DNA of 64,000 nucleotides from Spirochaetaceae bacterium (lineage in GTDB: Bacteria > Spirochaetota > Spirochaetia > DSM-2461): contig JAOPTT010000009.1 of the NCBI GenBank assembly GCA_051531975.1, positions 448,001-512,000 on the forward strand, in the 5' to 3' direction. Each line of letters starts with the position of its first letter. Position 1 is the stretch's first letter. Position numbers and translations under genes: made by a program. A model generated the notes under the pieces. That model had not been told where the DNA came from and did no database searches. It saw only the letters and a list, made by a program, of their open reading frames with translations. Below, piece after piece: positions 9,460 to 19,615 of this stretch.

Positions 9460-11883
9460 GTGTTAGTGGTTAACAAAGGTCCCCAGAGTGTAATAACTAA
9501 AATAATTAAAACAGATAGTAGCTTAATTTTGTATTCAGATGCAGGGAATATGAAGCTAGAACCTAAGTCAGATAATATTATACGAATTATATATACATTA
9601 GAAGATTCCTTTAACGATCAACAAAGCCCAGGGACTGTTGAAATACCAGAATTTAAATTTTGGTCTTATAGTGAAACTGAATTAGACATCATTGTATACA
9701 CAGCACTTATACAACTTGTCATAAATAAAAAAACAAGTGCATTCACCTACTATAATAGCAATGGTGAATTGTTAACTAAAGAGTCAAAAGTAGGTGGAAA
9801 GCAACTTATACCTTATAATGCATATAGATCAAACCTCGATAAAAACAGCATAATTGAAAAAATAGAAACACCTGATGGTATTAAGGAAGTGATAATAGAT
9901 TCTGAAAAAGAGTTTTATAAAAAGCTTAATCATACACGTTTAACATTTGAATGGGCTGATGATGAAGCCCTTTATGGTATGGGTCAACACGAAGAAGGTA
10001 TATTAAACTTACGTGGTTATAGGAAATATATACATCAAGCAAATATGAAAATTGCAATTCCATTTTTTGTCTCAACTAATGGGTACGGAATATTGATGGA
10101 TACTTATTCCCCTGTAATCTTTAATGATAATGAATATGGCTCCTATCTCTACAGTGAGGCTGTTGAAGATCTCGATTTCTATTTTATCCTGGGTGATACA
10201 TTTGATAATATTATTAGTGGTTATCGGTATATAACTGGTAGTGCGACAATGTTACCAAAGTGGGCATTTGGTTATTTTCAATCTTTAGAAAGATATGAAA
10301 CTCAGGAAGAGATCATAAAAACTGTTCAGGAATATCAAAAAAGAGAAGTCCCACTGGATTGTATAGTTCTTGACTGGCAATACTGGGATGAAGGAATGTG
10401 GGGACAAAAATCTTTTAATGAAGAACGTTTCCCAGATCCTAAGAAGATGACAAATACACTTCATAGTATTGGTGTGCATCTAATGATTTCAATGTGGCCA
10501 ATTATGTTTAATAAGTCTGAAAATTATAATGAAATGAAGAATGTTGGTGGACTGTTCCAGCATTCAGAAATATACAATGCTTTTAATTCCGATGCTCGAG
10601 ATCTTTACTGGAAACAAGCAAATAGTGGACTCTTTTCCAAAGGTATTGATGCCTGGTGGTGTGATGCTAGTGAACCTTTTTCTCCTGAATGGAATAACCC
10701 TATTAAGCCAGAACCGGATCAAAATTATATGGAATATCATAATACTGCAAAAAATTATATTAACGAAGAATATACAAATGCTTATCCTCTTTTCCATGCT
10801 AAAACAATATTTGATGGCCAAAAAAGTACTACGGTCGAAAAACGTGTAATTAATCTTACTAGAAGTGGATACACCGGGCAACAGAGGTATGGAACAATTT
10901 TATGGTCTGGGGATATTAGTGCAAACTGGAAGACTTTAAAAAATCAAATCCCCGAAGGTTTAAATATCAGTGCCTCGGGGATGCCATATTGGACGTTAGA
11001 CATTGGAGGTTTTTTTGTAAAGCAAGGAGATATGTGGTTTTGGGATGGTGATTATGAGGATGGGTGTGAAGATTTAGGTTATCGTGAATTATATACAAGA
11101 TGGTTACAGTTAGGAACTTTTCTACCAATTTTTCGCTCTCATGGTACAGATACCCGACGAGAAATCTGGAACTTTGGGGAAAAGGGGGAACTCTTTTACG
11201 ATACTATTCATAAGTTCATAAATTTAAGGTATGAACTGTTACCATATATATATTCTATGGCCGGTATGGTTACTTTACGGGATTATACTATTATGCGTCT
11301 ATTAGCTTTTGAGTTTAATAATGATCCCGCTGTATATAATATCAGCGATCAGTATATGTTTGGACATGAACTTATGATCTGTCCTGTTACAGAACCTATG
11401 TACTATGTTTCTAATTCCACACCTCTTACTGGAGTTAATCAAACAAGAGAAGTTTATTTACCACTAGATTGTGACTGGTATAATTTCTGGACACTTGAGA
11501 AACATAAAGGAGGTAAATACATTACAGCAAAAGCACCATTAGACATAATGCCAATATTTGTTAGAAGTGGATCTATTATTCCTATGGTAGAAGTCTCAGT
11601 AAATAGTGCTTCAAGTTGTGATAAAGAGATAAAACTGAATATATATCCAGGAGCTGACGCTTCATACAGCTTCTACCAAGATGACGCTGATAATTATAAT
11701 TACGAAAAAGGGGAATATTCCATAATAGATATGTTTTGGAATGATAAAGACGAAACATTAACAATTGGAAATAGGACAGGGTCTTTCAAGACTATGGAAA
11801 AAGAGATATTAATGACAATAGTAATATTAGGTAAGGTTACTTCGACATTGACATATAGAGGCCGTGAAATTGTCTATAAGTAA
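9460..11883 (+). CDS. Glycoside hydrolase family 31 (alpha-xylosidase/alpha-glucosidase-like)
   Basis: PKWAFG, IVLDWQYW, nucleophile motif WWCDASEP, acid/base WSGD, FRSHG; GTG start at 9460 after RBS AAGGAG. Confidence 0.92.
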   Translation: MLVVNKGPQSVITKIIKTDSSLILYSDAGNMKLEPKSDNIIRIIYTLEDSFNDQQSPGTVEIPEFKFWSYSETELDIIVYTALIQLVINKKTSAFTYYNSNGELLTKESKVGGKQLIPYNAYRSNLDKNSIIEKIETPDGIKEVIIDSEKEFYKKLNHTRLTFEWADDEALYGMGQHEEGILNLRGYRKYIHQANMKIAIPFFVSTNGYGILMDTYSPVIFNDNEYGSYLYSEAVEDLDFYFILGDTFDNIISGYRYITGSATMLPKWAFGYFQSLERYETQEEIIKTVQEYQKREVPLDCIVLDWQYWDEGMWGQKSFNEERFPDPKKMTNTLHSIGVHLMISMWPIMFNKSENYNEMKNVGGLFQHSEIYNAFNSDARDLYWKQANSGLFSKGIDAWWCDASEPFSPEWNNPIKPEPDQNYMEYHNTAKNYINEEYTNAYPLFHAKTIFDGQKSTTVEKRVINLTRSGYTGQQRYGTILWSGDISANWKTLKNQIPEGLNISASGMPYWTLDIGGFFVKQGDMWFWDGDYEDGCEDLGYRELYTRWLQLGTFLPIFRSHGTDTRREIWNFGEKGELFYDTIHKFINLRYELLPYIYSMAGMVTLRDYTIMRLLAFEFNNDPAVYNISDQYMFGHELMICPVTEPMYYVSNSTPLTGVNQTREVYLPLDCDWYNFWTLEKHKGGKYITAKAPLDIMPIFVRSGSIIPMVEVSVNSASSCDKEIKLNIYPGADASYSFYQDDADNYNYEKGEYSIIDMFWNDKDETLTIGNRTGSFKTMEKEILMTIVILGKVTSTLTYRGREIVYK

Positions 11884-12014
11884 TTAAAGGTAATTATTCA
11901 AAATGATGACATACCTAAAGAAAGTTATAAAATTACCTAAATAGGTATATAAACAGACTATTTAGCATTTACAAACCCCACTAATAGTAATTATTATTAG
12001 TAGGGAAGTATTAA

Positions 12015-13025
12015 ATGTCAGAAACTATAAAATTTTACCGCATACAGGTTAAAAATACTATTCTCAAAAAATTGAATGCAAGAAGTAACCTTCGGGGTTT
12101 GATTCAAACTCTATCAATACTTCTTGTTTATCTATTAACAACAATGGTTAGTCTATATTTTTTCATAGTGGAAGAGTGGATATTCATGTTTATTGCATTA
12201 TACATTCATTCTATATTTAGTAATTTCCTAGGTGAGGAGTCATCAGTACACGAGCTTAGTCATAAAACACCATTTAAAACTAAATGGCTTAATGAATCTT
12301 TTTATAATCTGTTTTGTTTCCTTACATGGAATAATCCGATTCATTTTAGAAAGAGTCATAAACGTCATCATCAATTTACACTGTTCCAAGGCAAGGATAA
12401 AGAAGCTGTTCTTAAACCTCCAGCATTTAATATACTAGATTATATTAGCTGGTTTTTGTTTGATTGGAAAAAGTTTAAATGTCTTATGATATGTAACCTT
12501 GCCTTATTATTAGGCAGAGATCAAACTGACTTTTTTTCATGGGATCCACATTTTAATAAAGATAACACCAATAGAAAAAAGATGATAAACTGGGCAAGAT
12601 TTCAATTTATTGGACATCTTATACTTATATGCCTTTTTATATATTTGGATCTTTTTGTATTAATATATACAGTATCTTGTAGTTACTTCTTTGTAACATT
12701 TCTCAGTAATTCATGTGTTGTCTCACAGCACACTGGGCTTGGGTCAAATATTCCCGATTTCAGGTTATCCTGCCATACCATTATCTTTAATCCGTTTATG
12801 GCATTCTTTTATTGGAATATGAATTACCACATTGAACATCATATGCATGCTTCAGTCCCGTTTTACAATCTAAAGAACCTTCACAAAGAACTAGCTCATG
12901 ATATGCCTACACCTGTTCAGGGATACGGGACAGGTATCAAAAACATTTTAGGATATGTTAAAAAGCAAAAAACTGATCCTGATTGTGTCTATACTCCTGA
13001 ATTACCCACAAGAAAAGAGAGTTAA
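12015..13025 (+). CDS. Membrane fatty-acid-desaturase-family di-iron protein (MocD-like oxygenase)
   Basis: Three His boxes HELSH, HKRHH, HIEHH plus TM helices; QHTGL and NMNYHIEHH...VPFYNL motifs. Confidence 0.85.
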   Translation: MSETIKFYRIQVKNTILKKLNARSNLRGLIQTLSILLVYLLTTMVSLYFFIVEEWIFMFIALYIHSIFSNFLGEESSVHELSHKTPFKTKWLNESFYNLFCFLTWNNPIHFRKSHKRHHQFTLFQGKDKEAVLKPPAFNILDYISWFLFDWKKFKCLMICNLALLLGRDQTDFFSWDPHFNKDNTNRKKMINWARFQFIGHLILICLFIYLDLFVLIYTVSCSYFFVTFLSNSCVVSQHTGLGSNIPDFRLSCHTIIFNPFMAFFYWNMNYHIEHHMHASVPFYNLKNLHKELAHDMPTPVQGYGTGIKNILGYVKKQKTDPDCVYTPELPTRKES

Positions 13026-13079
13026 ATGTCAAAATATTCATATTTTATGTTTATAGAATGTATTTACATCGTATTAAGT

Positions 13080-13108
13080 TTGCTTCCATTAATAATAATT
13101 GTTATAAT
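13080..13108 (+). promoter_or_regulatory. sigma70-type promoter of the family-3 binding-protein gene
   Basis: TTGCTT-N17-TATAAT with an extended TG. Confidence 0.55.
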
Positions 13109-13153
13109 CTATAGTGTAGGTTTAAATATTAACCTATACATTTGGAGTTTGTT

Positions 13154-13873
13154 ATGAGAAATAGTTTTTTACGATATATAATCGTTTTATCTATATTTAT
13201 GATCTCTTCAGTAATCTTTGCACAGACAAAGAAGATTGAAGTTACTGCAATTGAGGGGTCAGCTTTTACTAACTACGCCTATGAAGTATTAAAAGAAGCT
13301 TATTCTAGAATTGATATGGAATTAACAATAACAGGATTACCTGCAAAAAGATCCTTAATTGTATCTAATTCAGGTGTCGATGCCGATGGAGAACTTTTTC
13401 GAATTAGTGGTATTGAAAAAACTTATACAAATTTAATGCCGATAGAGATACCGCTAATATTGTCTGAATGGCAGGTTTATTCCATGAATTATGATTTTGA
13501 TGTAAAAGGTTGGCACAGTTTAAAACAATATACCATTGGAGTTCGCCGGGGTATTGCCACAACTGATAATGGCACAGAAGGAATGGACACTCAAAAGGTA
13601 AATAGTAACGAACAACTATTTAGTATGTTAAAATATAACAGGGTTGATGTTGTTGTATTATCAAAAATTAATGCAGTAAAAGTATTACGGAATTTCCTGG
13701 ATCTTGATGTTAAATTGCTAAATAAACCGGTTCAAGTTATACCTGTTTACCATTATCTGCATAAAAAAAACAGAGATATTATTCCAACACTTACTGCAGC
13801 TATGAAACAGATGGAAGATGAAGGTATAATAAAACAAATCCTCGAAAAACATTGGTCATTATTAACACAATAA
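13154..13873 (+). CDS. Orphan periplasmic substrate-binding protein (family 3-like)
   Basis: Signal peptide, LPAKRSL...DGELFR, IGVRRG, RVDVVV motifs; ATG 13154 after GGAG. Confidence 0.8.
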   Translation: MRNSFLRYIIVLSIFMISSVIFAQTKKIEVTAIEGSAFTNYAYEVLKEAYSRIDMELTITGLPAKRSLIVSNSGVDADGELFRISGIEKTYTNLMPIEIPLILSEWQVYSMNYDFDVKGWHSLKQYTIGVRRGIATTDNGTEGMDTQKVNSNEQLFSMLKYNRVDVVVLSKINAVKVLRNFLDLDVKLLNKPVQVIPVYHYLHKKNRDIIPTLTAAMKQMEDEGIIKQILEKHWSLLTQ

Positions 13874-14059
13874 GTATTTGCAAAGCAACTTAATAATTAA
13901 CAAATGAGGATTAAACGAAACTAAGAATAATATTTTTTCCGAAGTTCATGGAACTACAAGAATCCCTATAAAAGTTAGCTAACAGAAGCATTCTAATTAA
14001 GTAGAATCCCATATTCACCAAATATTATATGATATTATTTAATTTTTTTTGTACATCTT

Positions 14060-14094
14060 TTGAATTAGTTAAAGTAATGTATTATAATTTTAAT
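14060..14094 (+). promoter_or_regulatory. sigma70 promoter predicted to give a leaderless transcript
   Basis: TTGAAT-N17-TATAAT-N6-ATG(14095); no SD sequence. Confidence 0.6.
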
Positions 14095-15183
14095 ATGAAG
14101 CTTAATTCCTTAAAAATAACTACAACTATAATAATATTGATTTCAGTAATTTTACCATCAATAATTGTCTCACAATATCTTCTATCATCTATTAGAAAGA
14201 CGATAAAAAAAGAAGCTTATAACGAAGTTTCAAGGGTCAGAGATGAGAAAATAAATCAAATAAAAGATTTTTACTTTCAGGAATTCCATGATATTGAAAA
14301 AATTATCTCATACATATCTATAACTGGAGATGATATTAATAATAAGGATATGAAATACCTGCTTGATTTCCAACCTAATATTAAACAGGTAGTTCTTTAT
14401 GATTATAATTTTAAACCACTTATAAATGTAAGCAGAGAGGGGTTCCTCAAATTAGATTCAATATCTGAGCAAATAAGAATTACATTACAAAAGAATTTTT
14501 ATTTTTCAAAATATTTTCTTAAGAATATCGTACTTCCTGACAATAGTAGTGAATTAGCTTTTTTCTATAAAGATATTATTACAGACCAATATCTATCGAT
14601 GAGCCTAGAATACAGTTATTTAGATAAGTATATTAAAGAAATCGGACCGATAATTATAGACATTTACAATGATAATAGTCAGATCGTTTCATCGTCTAGG
14701 GAAGAGTATGACTCAAGAAAAGTTATTAATAACCCTATAGTTGAGAAAATGAAATTAGGTTTAAGTGAAAATGTACTGTATAAAAGATATTACCAGAGTT
14801 ATAGTCACATTGATATTGGAGGAGAAAGTCTATATGTAAATGTTTCAATCCCAAAATCCTTTGTAGAAAATAAGTCCAAGTACCTAAATACCTATTTAAT
14901 TATAATTTACTTTATATATCTACTGTTTTCGTTACTTATTAGTTCACTTTTGGTTAGATTTTTCTATTCAATAAAAGAGTCCGAAATAAGATCCGAAATA
15001 TTCTCAAATCGTTTCAGTTTTTTTTATAGATTAAAAAACTCATTAAGTTATATTGATAAGAAGTTTGTCGAAGTTCAAAGACTTAATAAGGCTATTAATT
15101 ATTTTAAAAACGATATCTCAATAATACTTCAGGATATACCTAATAAGAGTGAAGATGATGAAGAAACAGAGCTGGATAAATAA
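14095..15183 (+). CDS. Two-TM membrane protein with Cache-like extracytoplasmic domain and short cytoplasmic tail
   Basis: TM helices near both ends; IIIDIYNDNSQIVSS resembles dCache; no kinase, MCP or GGDEF output domain seen. Confidence 0.6.
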   Translation: MKLNSLKITTTIIILISVILPSIIVSQYLLSSIRKTIKKEAYNEVSRVRDEKINQIKDFYFQEFHDIEKIISYISITGDDINNKDMKYLLDFQPNIKQVVLYDYNFKPLINVSREGFLKLDSISEQIRITLQKNFYFSKYFLKNIVLPDNSSELAFFYKDIITDQYLSMSLEYSYLDKYIKEIGPIIIDIYNDNSQIVSSSREEYDSRKVINNPIVEKMKLGLSENVLYKRYYQSYSHIDIGGESLYVNVSIPKSFVENKSKYLNTYLIIIYFIYLLFSLLISSLLVRFFYSIKESEIRSEIFSNRFSFFYRLKNSLSYIDKKFVEVQRLNKAINYFKNDISIILQDIPNKSEDDEETELDK

Positions 15184-18100
15184 AAACTTCTATATTTATA
15201 GATATGATCTATTTTCTCTATTAATAGTTTTCTCATTAATTGCTTGGTTTTTCAGTCCAATGTTACAACAGGGGCATATTGTTTTTAGTGATCTTGATTT
15301 TCCATTAGATTCAAAAAGGTATTTAGAAGAGATACTTGGATTATGGAATAATAAATGGAATACACCAACAATTCTAAATCTTCCAAGGATTTTTTCTATT
15401 GCAATACCATACTTCTTTTCAACCTTAAATGGACACAGCGGTACGGTTCTTATTAAGACGTTTATATTAATGAATATTTATATAAGTAGCTTCACTATAT
15501 ATCTATTTGCTAAATCAATTTTAAGAATATATCTTGGGCCCAAAAATACTCTGTTTAAGCTTATTGCTATATCAACTGGATCTTTATTTTATGCAATTAA
15601 TCCGTGGGTTATATATAGAATCCAACACATATATCTCCTGTGTGGGTATAGTCTACTTCCATTAGCCTTAATGCTATTTTTAAAAATATTTGATCCTAAG
15701 TTTCAAGAAGTTGTAATTCCAAATTATTCAGTATTTAGGATTAAGCTATATAGAAAAAATATCGTTCATATTGGTGTATTAGCTATAACAATATCAGTTA
15801 TGTCTGCGGCTATTCACTACTTTTTTTATACACTAATTTTATTTGCTTTGTTATGGGTTCTACTTTTAGTAAAACAAATTCTACTTAATAGATGGGCAGG
15901 ATCATATTTAAAAAGGGCTATAACATATAATTTTTTCTTAAAAGGTTTTCTATTAGGAATAATAACTTTAATTTTTTGTTATTATTGGTTTTCTGTATAT
16001 CTTGGAAGTATTCTAATTGATGCTCAGTCATCACAGAATAATATAAATGTAGTTGATACGCTTGCACTTTTTAGCAGGTTTAGTTCCATCGATAAGTCAT
16101 TATTAATGATCAGTTACTGGTGGCCAATGTTTGATCTATCAACACTTAATATTCAATTTTATATTGGTGGTATCATACTTCTTCTTGTTATAGGTATTGG
16201 AGTTTTCTTTTACATTAGAAAAAACCATTTACTGCTTTTTCTTTTTATACTAACTGCTCTTTTTTTACTTTTTAGTACAGGTACTACATTGCCTTATTTT
16301 GGAGAATTATTTATTAAACTGGTAATGGATGTTCCTTTTTTTGGTAATCTATTCAGAGATCCTAATAAACTAATAGGAATAGTAGCTATTGGTTACAGTA
16401 TCTTTCTCATTTTTGGTGTAGAAAAAATATTTAGTATTAATATAAAAGGGGTAAATTTAAGTTATTTTATTAAAAGTACACTGTTTCTTGTAATTATAGC
16501 CTCATTTATATTATATATATCACCATTTAGAGAGAGATTTATAAACGGATTTTATTATCCAGTTAACGTTCCAAATGAATATACCGAAGTACAAAAAGAA
16601 TTTATACCAAGTGATAAAAGAGTCTTAAATTTCCCTGTTTCTGGTAATATGTTACAGACCAGTACCGGGTTTACAACATTAGATTGGAACAATAATCCCG
16701 ATGATTTTGGTGAAGATAAAGCTACTGCCGATTTCTCTATTTATCAATCTACAAAAAATACAATCTTCCATCATGAAGGTTCTGATACAAGCATTAGTTA
16801 TTATATAAACTTTCTACAATATATACTTGATCGGGGGTTAACCCAAGACTTTGGATCATATTTAGAACCGCTGGGGGTTGATGAGTTCGCATATGGAACA
16901 GGTTTTTTAGGTCAAAATTATCGACAAAGTTTTAACCTAGATGTTTTAAATTTTCAGAAAGATATCTCTCTACATTATAAAAATAGATACTTCAGTTTAT
17001 ACCAATTAGATAATACACCAGAGGTTGAAGGTGATGTTGATAGCATTTTATATACATCTAAGGGATTTCATTCTATATCATCTATATCCCTTATACCTGG
17101 CTTTACATACGAGAAAATGGGTATTGTTTATAATTCACAGAGAAAGGGGAATCCACTACTTAATATTCGTAATAGTGATTTAATTGAGACTACAACATTT
17201 GATGAACTTTTATTGGCCTCGTTACCTGAAAAATATTACTTATCTCCTGCAAAATATGTACGGAATGGTAACCCATTTTTAGGTTGGTCACAGTCTGCAA
17301 TACATACCTCGGACTGGCTTTGGCATCTTCAATCCCAAAACATAAAACCTTTAAGATTTGATATGAGTTTTCAGTCTGGACTAGCCCTATCTTTTTCCTC
17401 AATTAAGCTGGATATACCAGTTCATAAAAAAAGTAGAGTAAAGGGTAAAGAATATATTGATTTTGAGACATTTCTCTATGAGGGATATAATTTTACAACT
17501 GATAATAACTCAGCAATAGAAATTGAGACTTATCCTCTATCGATAGATCGAGAGTTACCTCTTGTACACGGGATAATTTCAAAAGGGCAAAATTATAACA
17601 TATGGCAGGTTGCTAAAAGTGGCTATATGCCTGCAGAACCTGAAGTTCCTTATCAGTTTTTTTTAACAATATCTGGTAAAGGTACAAACAAGATGCATCT
17701 TAAGGCAAAATTCTATAATAGTCATAATGAAGAAGTTGGGACTGCTTATATTTTGACTCCTGAAAACAGTGTCAATTTTGAATATTTTAATTTTTTCGGT
17801 GAATATATTACACCAAAAGATACGGCATTTGTAAGAATAGATATTCTCAGTTTTAGTAGACCCGAGCAGAATACCCATTGGTGGATACATGATTTCTCAA
17901 TTATAGAACTATCAGAATATAGTGCACCTAATAGGATAACTATAGATTATACACCAGATAATAAGGATGAACTTATACCTTTTGTAAGGATGTTTTTCTC
18001 CCCTGAGGGAGGTGAAGTTTCGATTTCATTAGGAGATAAAGAGACTTTAATAAATACTAAGAAGTATGATTTTAGTGGTTTCTTGTGGCAGAGACTGGAA

Positions 18101-19615
18101 AGTTTTAAACATTTAGGCAATTCATTTCCAGTTATAATCGAAAATAAAGGTGGTTTTAATGGAATAAACGAGATTGTTTTGATACCAAAATCACAGTATC
18201 TGCAGGAGTCATTTATACTTAATGAAGCCATATCAAAATCAAGAAATTTAATATCTTTAGAATCAGAATATGACTTTGACTATATAGGAAGCATACAAAC
18301 ACAACGTAATTATACAAATCTAAGTATGGGTCGGGCTCGGACATCTTTTAATGGAACTTTATCTAATAAAATCGATCTACTTAAAGATGGAAGTTACTAT
18401 TTAACAATGTATCTTGGTGGTGAAGAGAATCTAAGTAATTTTGATATATCTCTAAATGGCATTGATAGCGATGGTAACTTTAAGAAAAAGATCTCAATTT
18501 CAAAAACTGAAACAGAAAACATCGGAGTAATTTTAGAGAATAAAGATTCGGTTAATGGAAGTTATTTCAAAGCTGTTTCGGATTTTCCAGGACTAATACC
18601 AAATCTTCAAAAATATACAATAATTACAGATCCATTACCTAAAGGAAGCTATGAATTAAACATAGATCTTAAATACACTGGTAAATCATTAATCGATATC
18701 AGTAAAATGAAATATTTTAATCCAAAAGAGGTTGTTGTTCCAGATTTTAAAGAACCTGTAGATCTAGATGGGTATAGTGATTGTATTTTTATTACAAGGG
18801 ATATGATAAGGCACAATTTAAGTAAAGATTTCTTGGGGATTGAATATGACCCAACCTGTAGTGCTGATTGGTATATATCATCATCTCCAAAAGTCCTAGT
18901 TAAAAGTGGAGAGGAGTATATTATTAGTTTTAATATGAAGTCGGAAAAACTTAATAGTAGACATACAAAAATACTATATTTAAATGATCTAGATCAGGTT
19001 ATTAAAACTGATTTTATACCTGAAGTAGAAGAAAGGTTTAAAAGAAACTGGAATTCATACCAGTATATTTCAAAAGCCCCTGATAATGCAAAAAGTTTAA
19101 TGTTTCATATCTGGGGTCGAGGAGACAAAAAAGAACAATCATCTTCAAGTATTAAGAACCTATCACTATACCCGTATAAAAATCTCCCATTACTAGACAG
19201 AATGTATATTAGTATGGAACCGTTAGAGACACTTTTTAAGGATATAAAAAGTGATTCTGTATATGCGTCAATAAAGAGTTCTCCAACAATGCGTAAGTTT
19301 GAAAGCAAATATAATAATAATGAAATATCTGCATTTAAATTTGATATTAGCCCACACCCCATATGGGCATTAAATATAAATGGAAATGAAACAATTTCAG
19401 ATACAAATTTAAATGGTTTAAGGGCATTATATTTTACTAAAGATAGTGGAGTAGCTAAAGTTGAGCCAAGATTGAAAACACACTATATCTTGGGGTTTGT
19501 TTTATGGCCTATTGGTTTTTTTATACTTTTTTACTTATATGTTTATGCAAAAAAAAGAGAATCCCTCATTGTATTATTTAGAAGGATTCTCAATAAATTA
19601 TTTAATAAAGAGTAA
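15149..19615 (+). CDS. Large polytopic membrane protein, GT-C-like glycosyltransferase (AftD/DUF3367-like N-terminus) with carbohydrate-binding-like beta domains and a C-terminal TM
   Basis: About 12 N-terminal TM helices, first-loop acidic motif FSDLDFP, FYAINPW and FRDPNK motifs; later CBM-like segments (VKSGEEYIISFNMKSE...WNSYQYISKAPDNAKSL); final TM ILGFVLWPIGFFILFYLYVY. Confidence 0.65.
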   Translation: MKMMKKQSWINKNFYIYRYDLFSLLIVFSLIAWFFSPMLQQGHIVFSDLDFPLDSKRYLEEILGLWNNKWNTPTILNLPRIFSIAIPYFFSTLNGHSGTVLIKTFILMNIYISSFTIYLFAKSILRIYLGPKNTLFKLIAISTGSLFYAINPWVIYRIQHIYLLCGYSLLPLALMLFLKIFDPKFQEVVIPNYSVFRIKLYRKNIVHIGVLAITISVMSAAIHYFFYTLILFALLWVLLLVKQILLNRWAGSYLKRAITYNFFLKGFLLGIITLIFCYYWFSVYLGSILIDAQSSQNNINVVDTLALFSRFSSIDKSLLMISYWWPMFDLSTLNIQFYIGGIILLLVIGIGVFFYIRKNHLLLFLFILTALFLLFSTGTTLPYFGELFIKLVMDVPFFGNLFRDPNKLIGIVAIGYSIFLIFGVEKIFSINIKGVNLSYFIKSTLFLVIIASFILYISPFRERFINGFYYPVNVPNEYTEVQKEFIPSDKRVLNFPVSGNMLQTSTGFTTLDWNNNPDDFGEDKATADFSIYQSTKNTIFHHEGSDTSISYYINFLQYILDRGLTQDFGSYLEPLGVDEFAYGTGFLGQNYRQSFNLDVLNFQKDISLHYKNRYFSLYQLDNTPEVEGDVDSILYTSKGFHSISSISLIPGFTYEKMGIVYNSQRKGNPLLNIRNSDLIETTTFDELLLASLPEKYYLSPAKYVRNGNPFLGWSQSAIHTSDWLWHLQSQNIKPLRFDMSFQSGLALSFSSIKLDIPVHKKSRVKGKEYIDFETFLYEGYNFTTDNNSAIEIETYPLSIDRELPLVHGIISKGQNYNIWQVAKSGYMPAEPEVPYQFFLTISGKGTNKMHLKAKFYNSHNEEVGTAYILTPENSVNFEYFNFFGEYITPKDTAFVRIDILSFSRPEQNTHWWIHDFSIIELSEYSAPNRITIDYTPDNKDELIPFVRMFFSPEGGEVSISLGDKETLINTKKYDFSGFLWQRLESFKHLGNSFPVIIENKGGFNGINEIVLIPKSQYLQESFILNEAISKSRNLISLESEYDFDYIGSIQTQRNYTNLSMGRARTSFNGTLSNKIDLLKDGSYYLTMYLGGEENLSNFDISLNGIDSDGNFKKKISISKTETENIGVILENKDSVNGSYFKAVSDFPGLIPNLQKYTIITDPLPKGSYELNIDLKYTGKSLIDISKMKYFNPKEVVVPDFKEPVDLDGYSDCIFITRDMIRHNLSKDFLGIEYDPTCSADWYISSSPKVLVKSGEEYIISFNMKSEKLNSRHTKILYLNDLDQVIKTDFIPEVEERFKRNWNSYQYISKAPDNAKSLMFHIWGRGDKKEQSSSSIKNLSLYPYKNLPLLDRMYISMEPLETLFKDIKSDSVYASIKSSPTMRKFESKYNNNEISAFKFDISPHPIWALNINGNETISDTNLNGLRALYFTKDSGVAKVEPRLKTHYILGFVLWPIGFFILFYLYVYAKKRESLIVLFRRILNKLFNKE

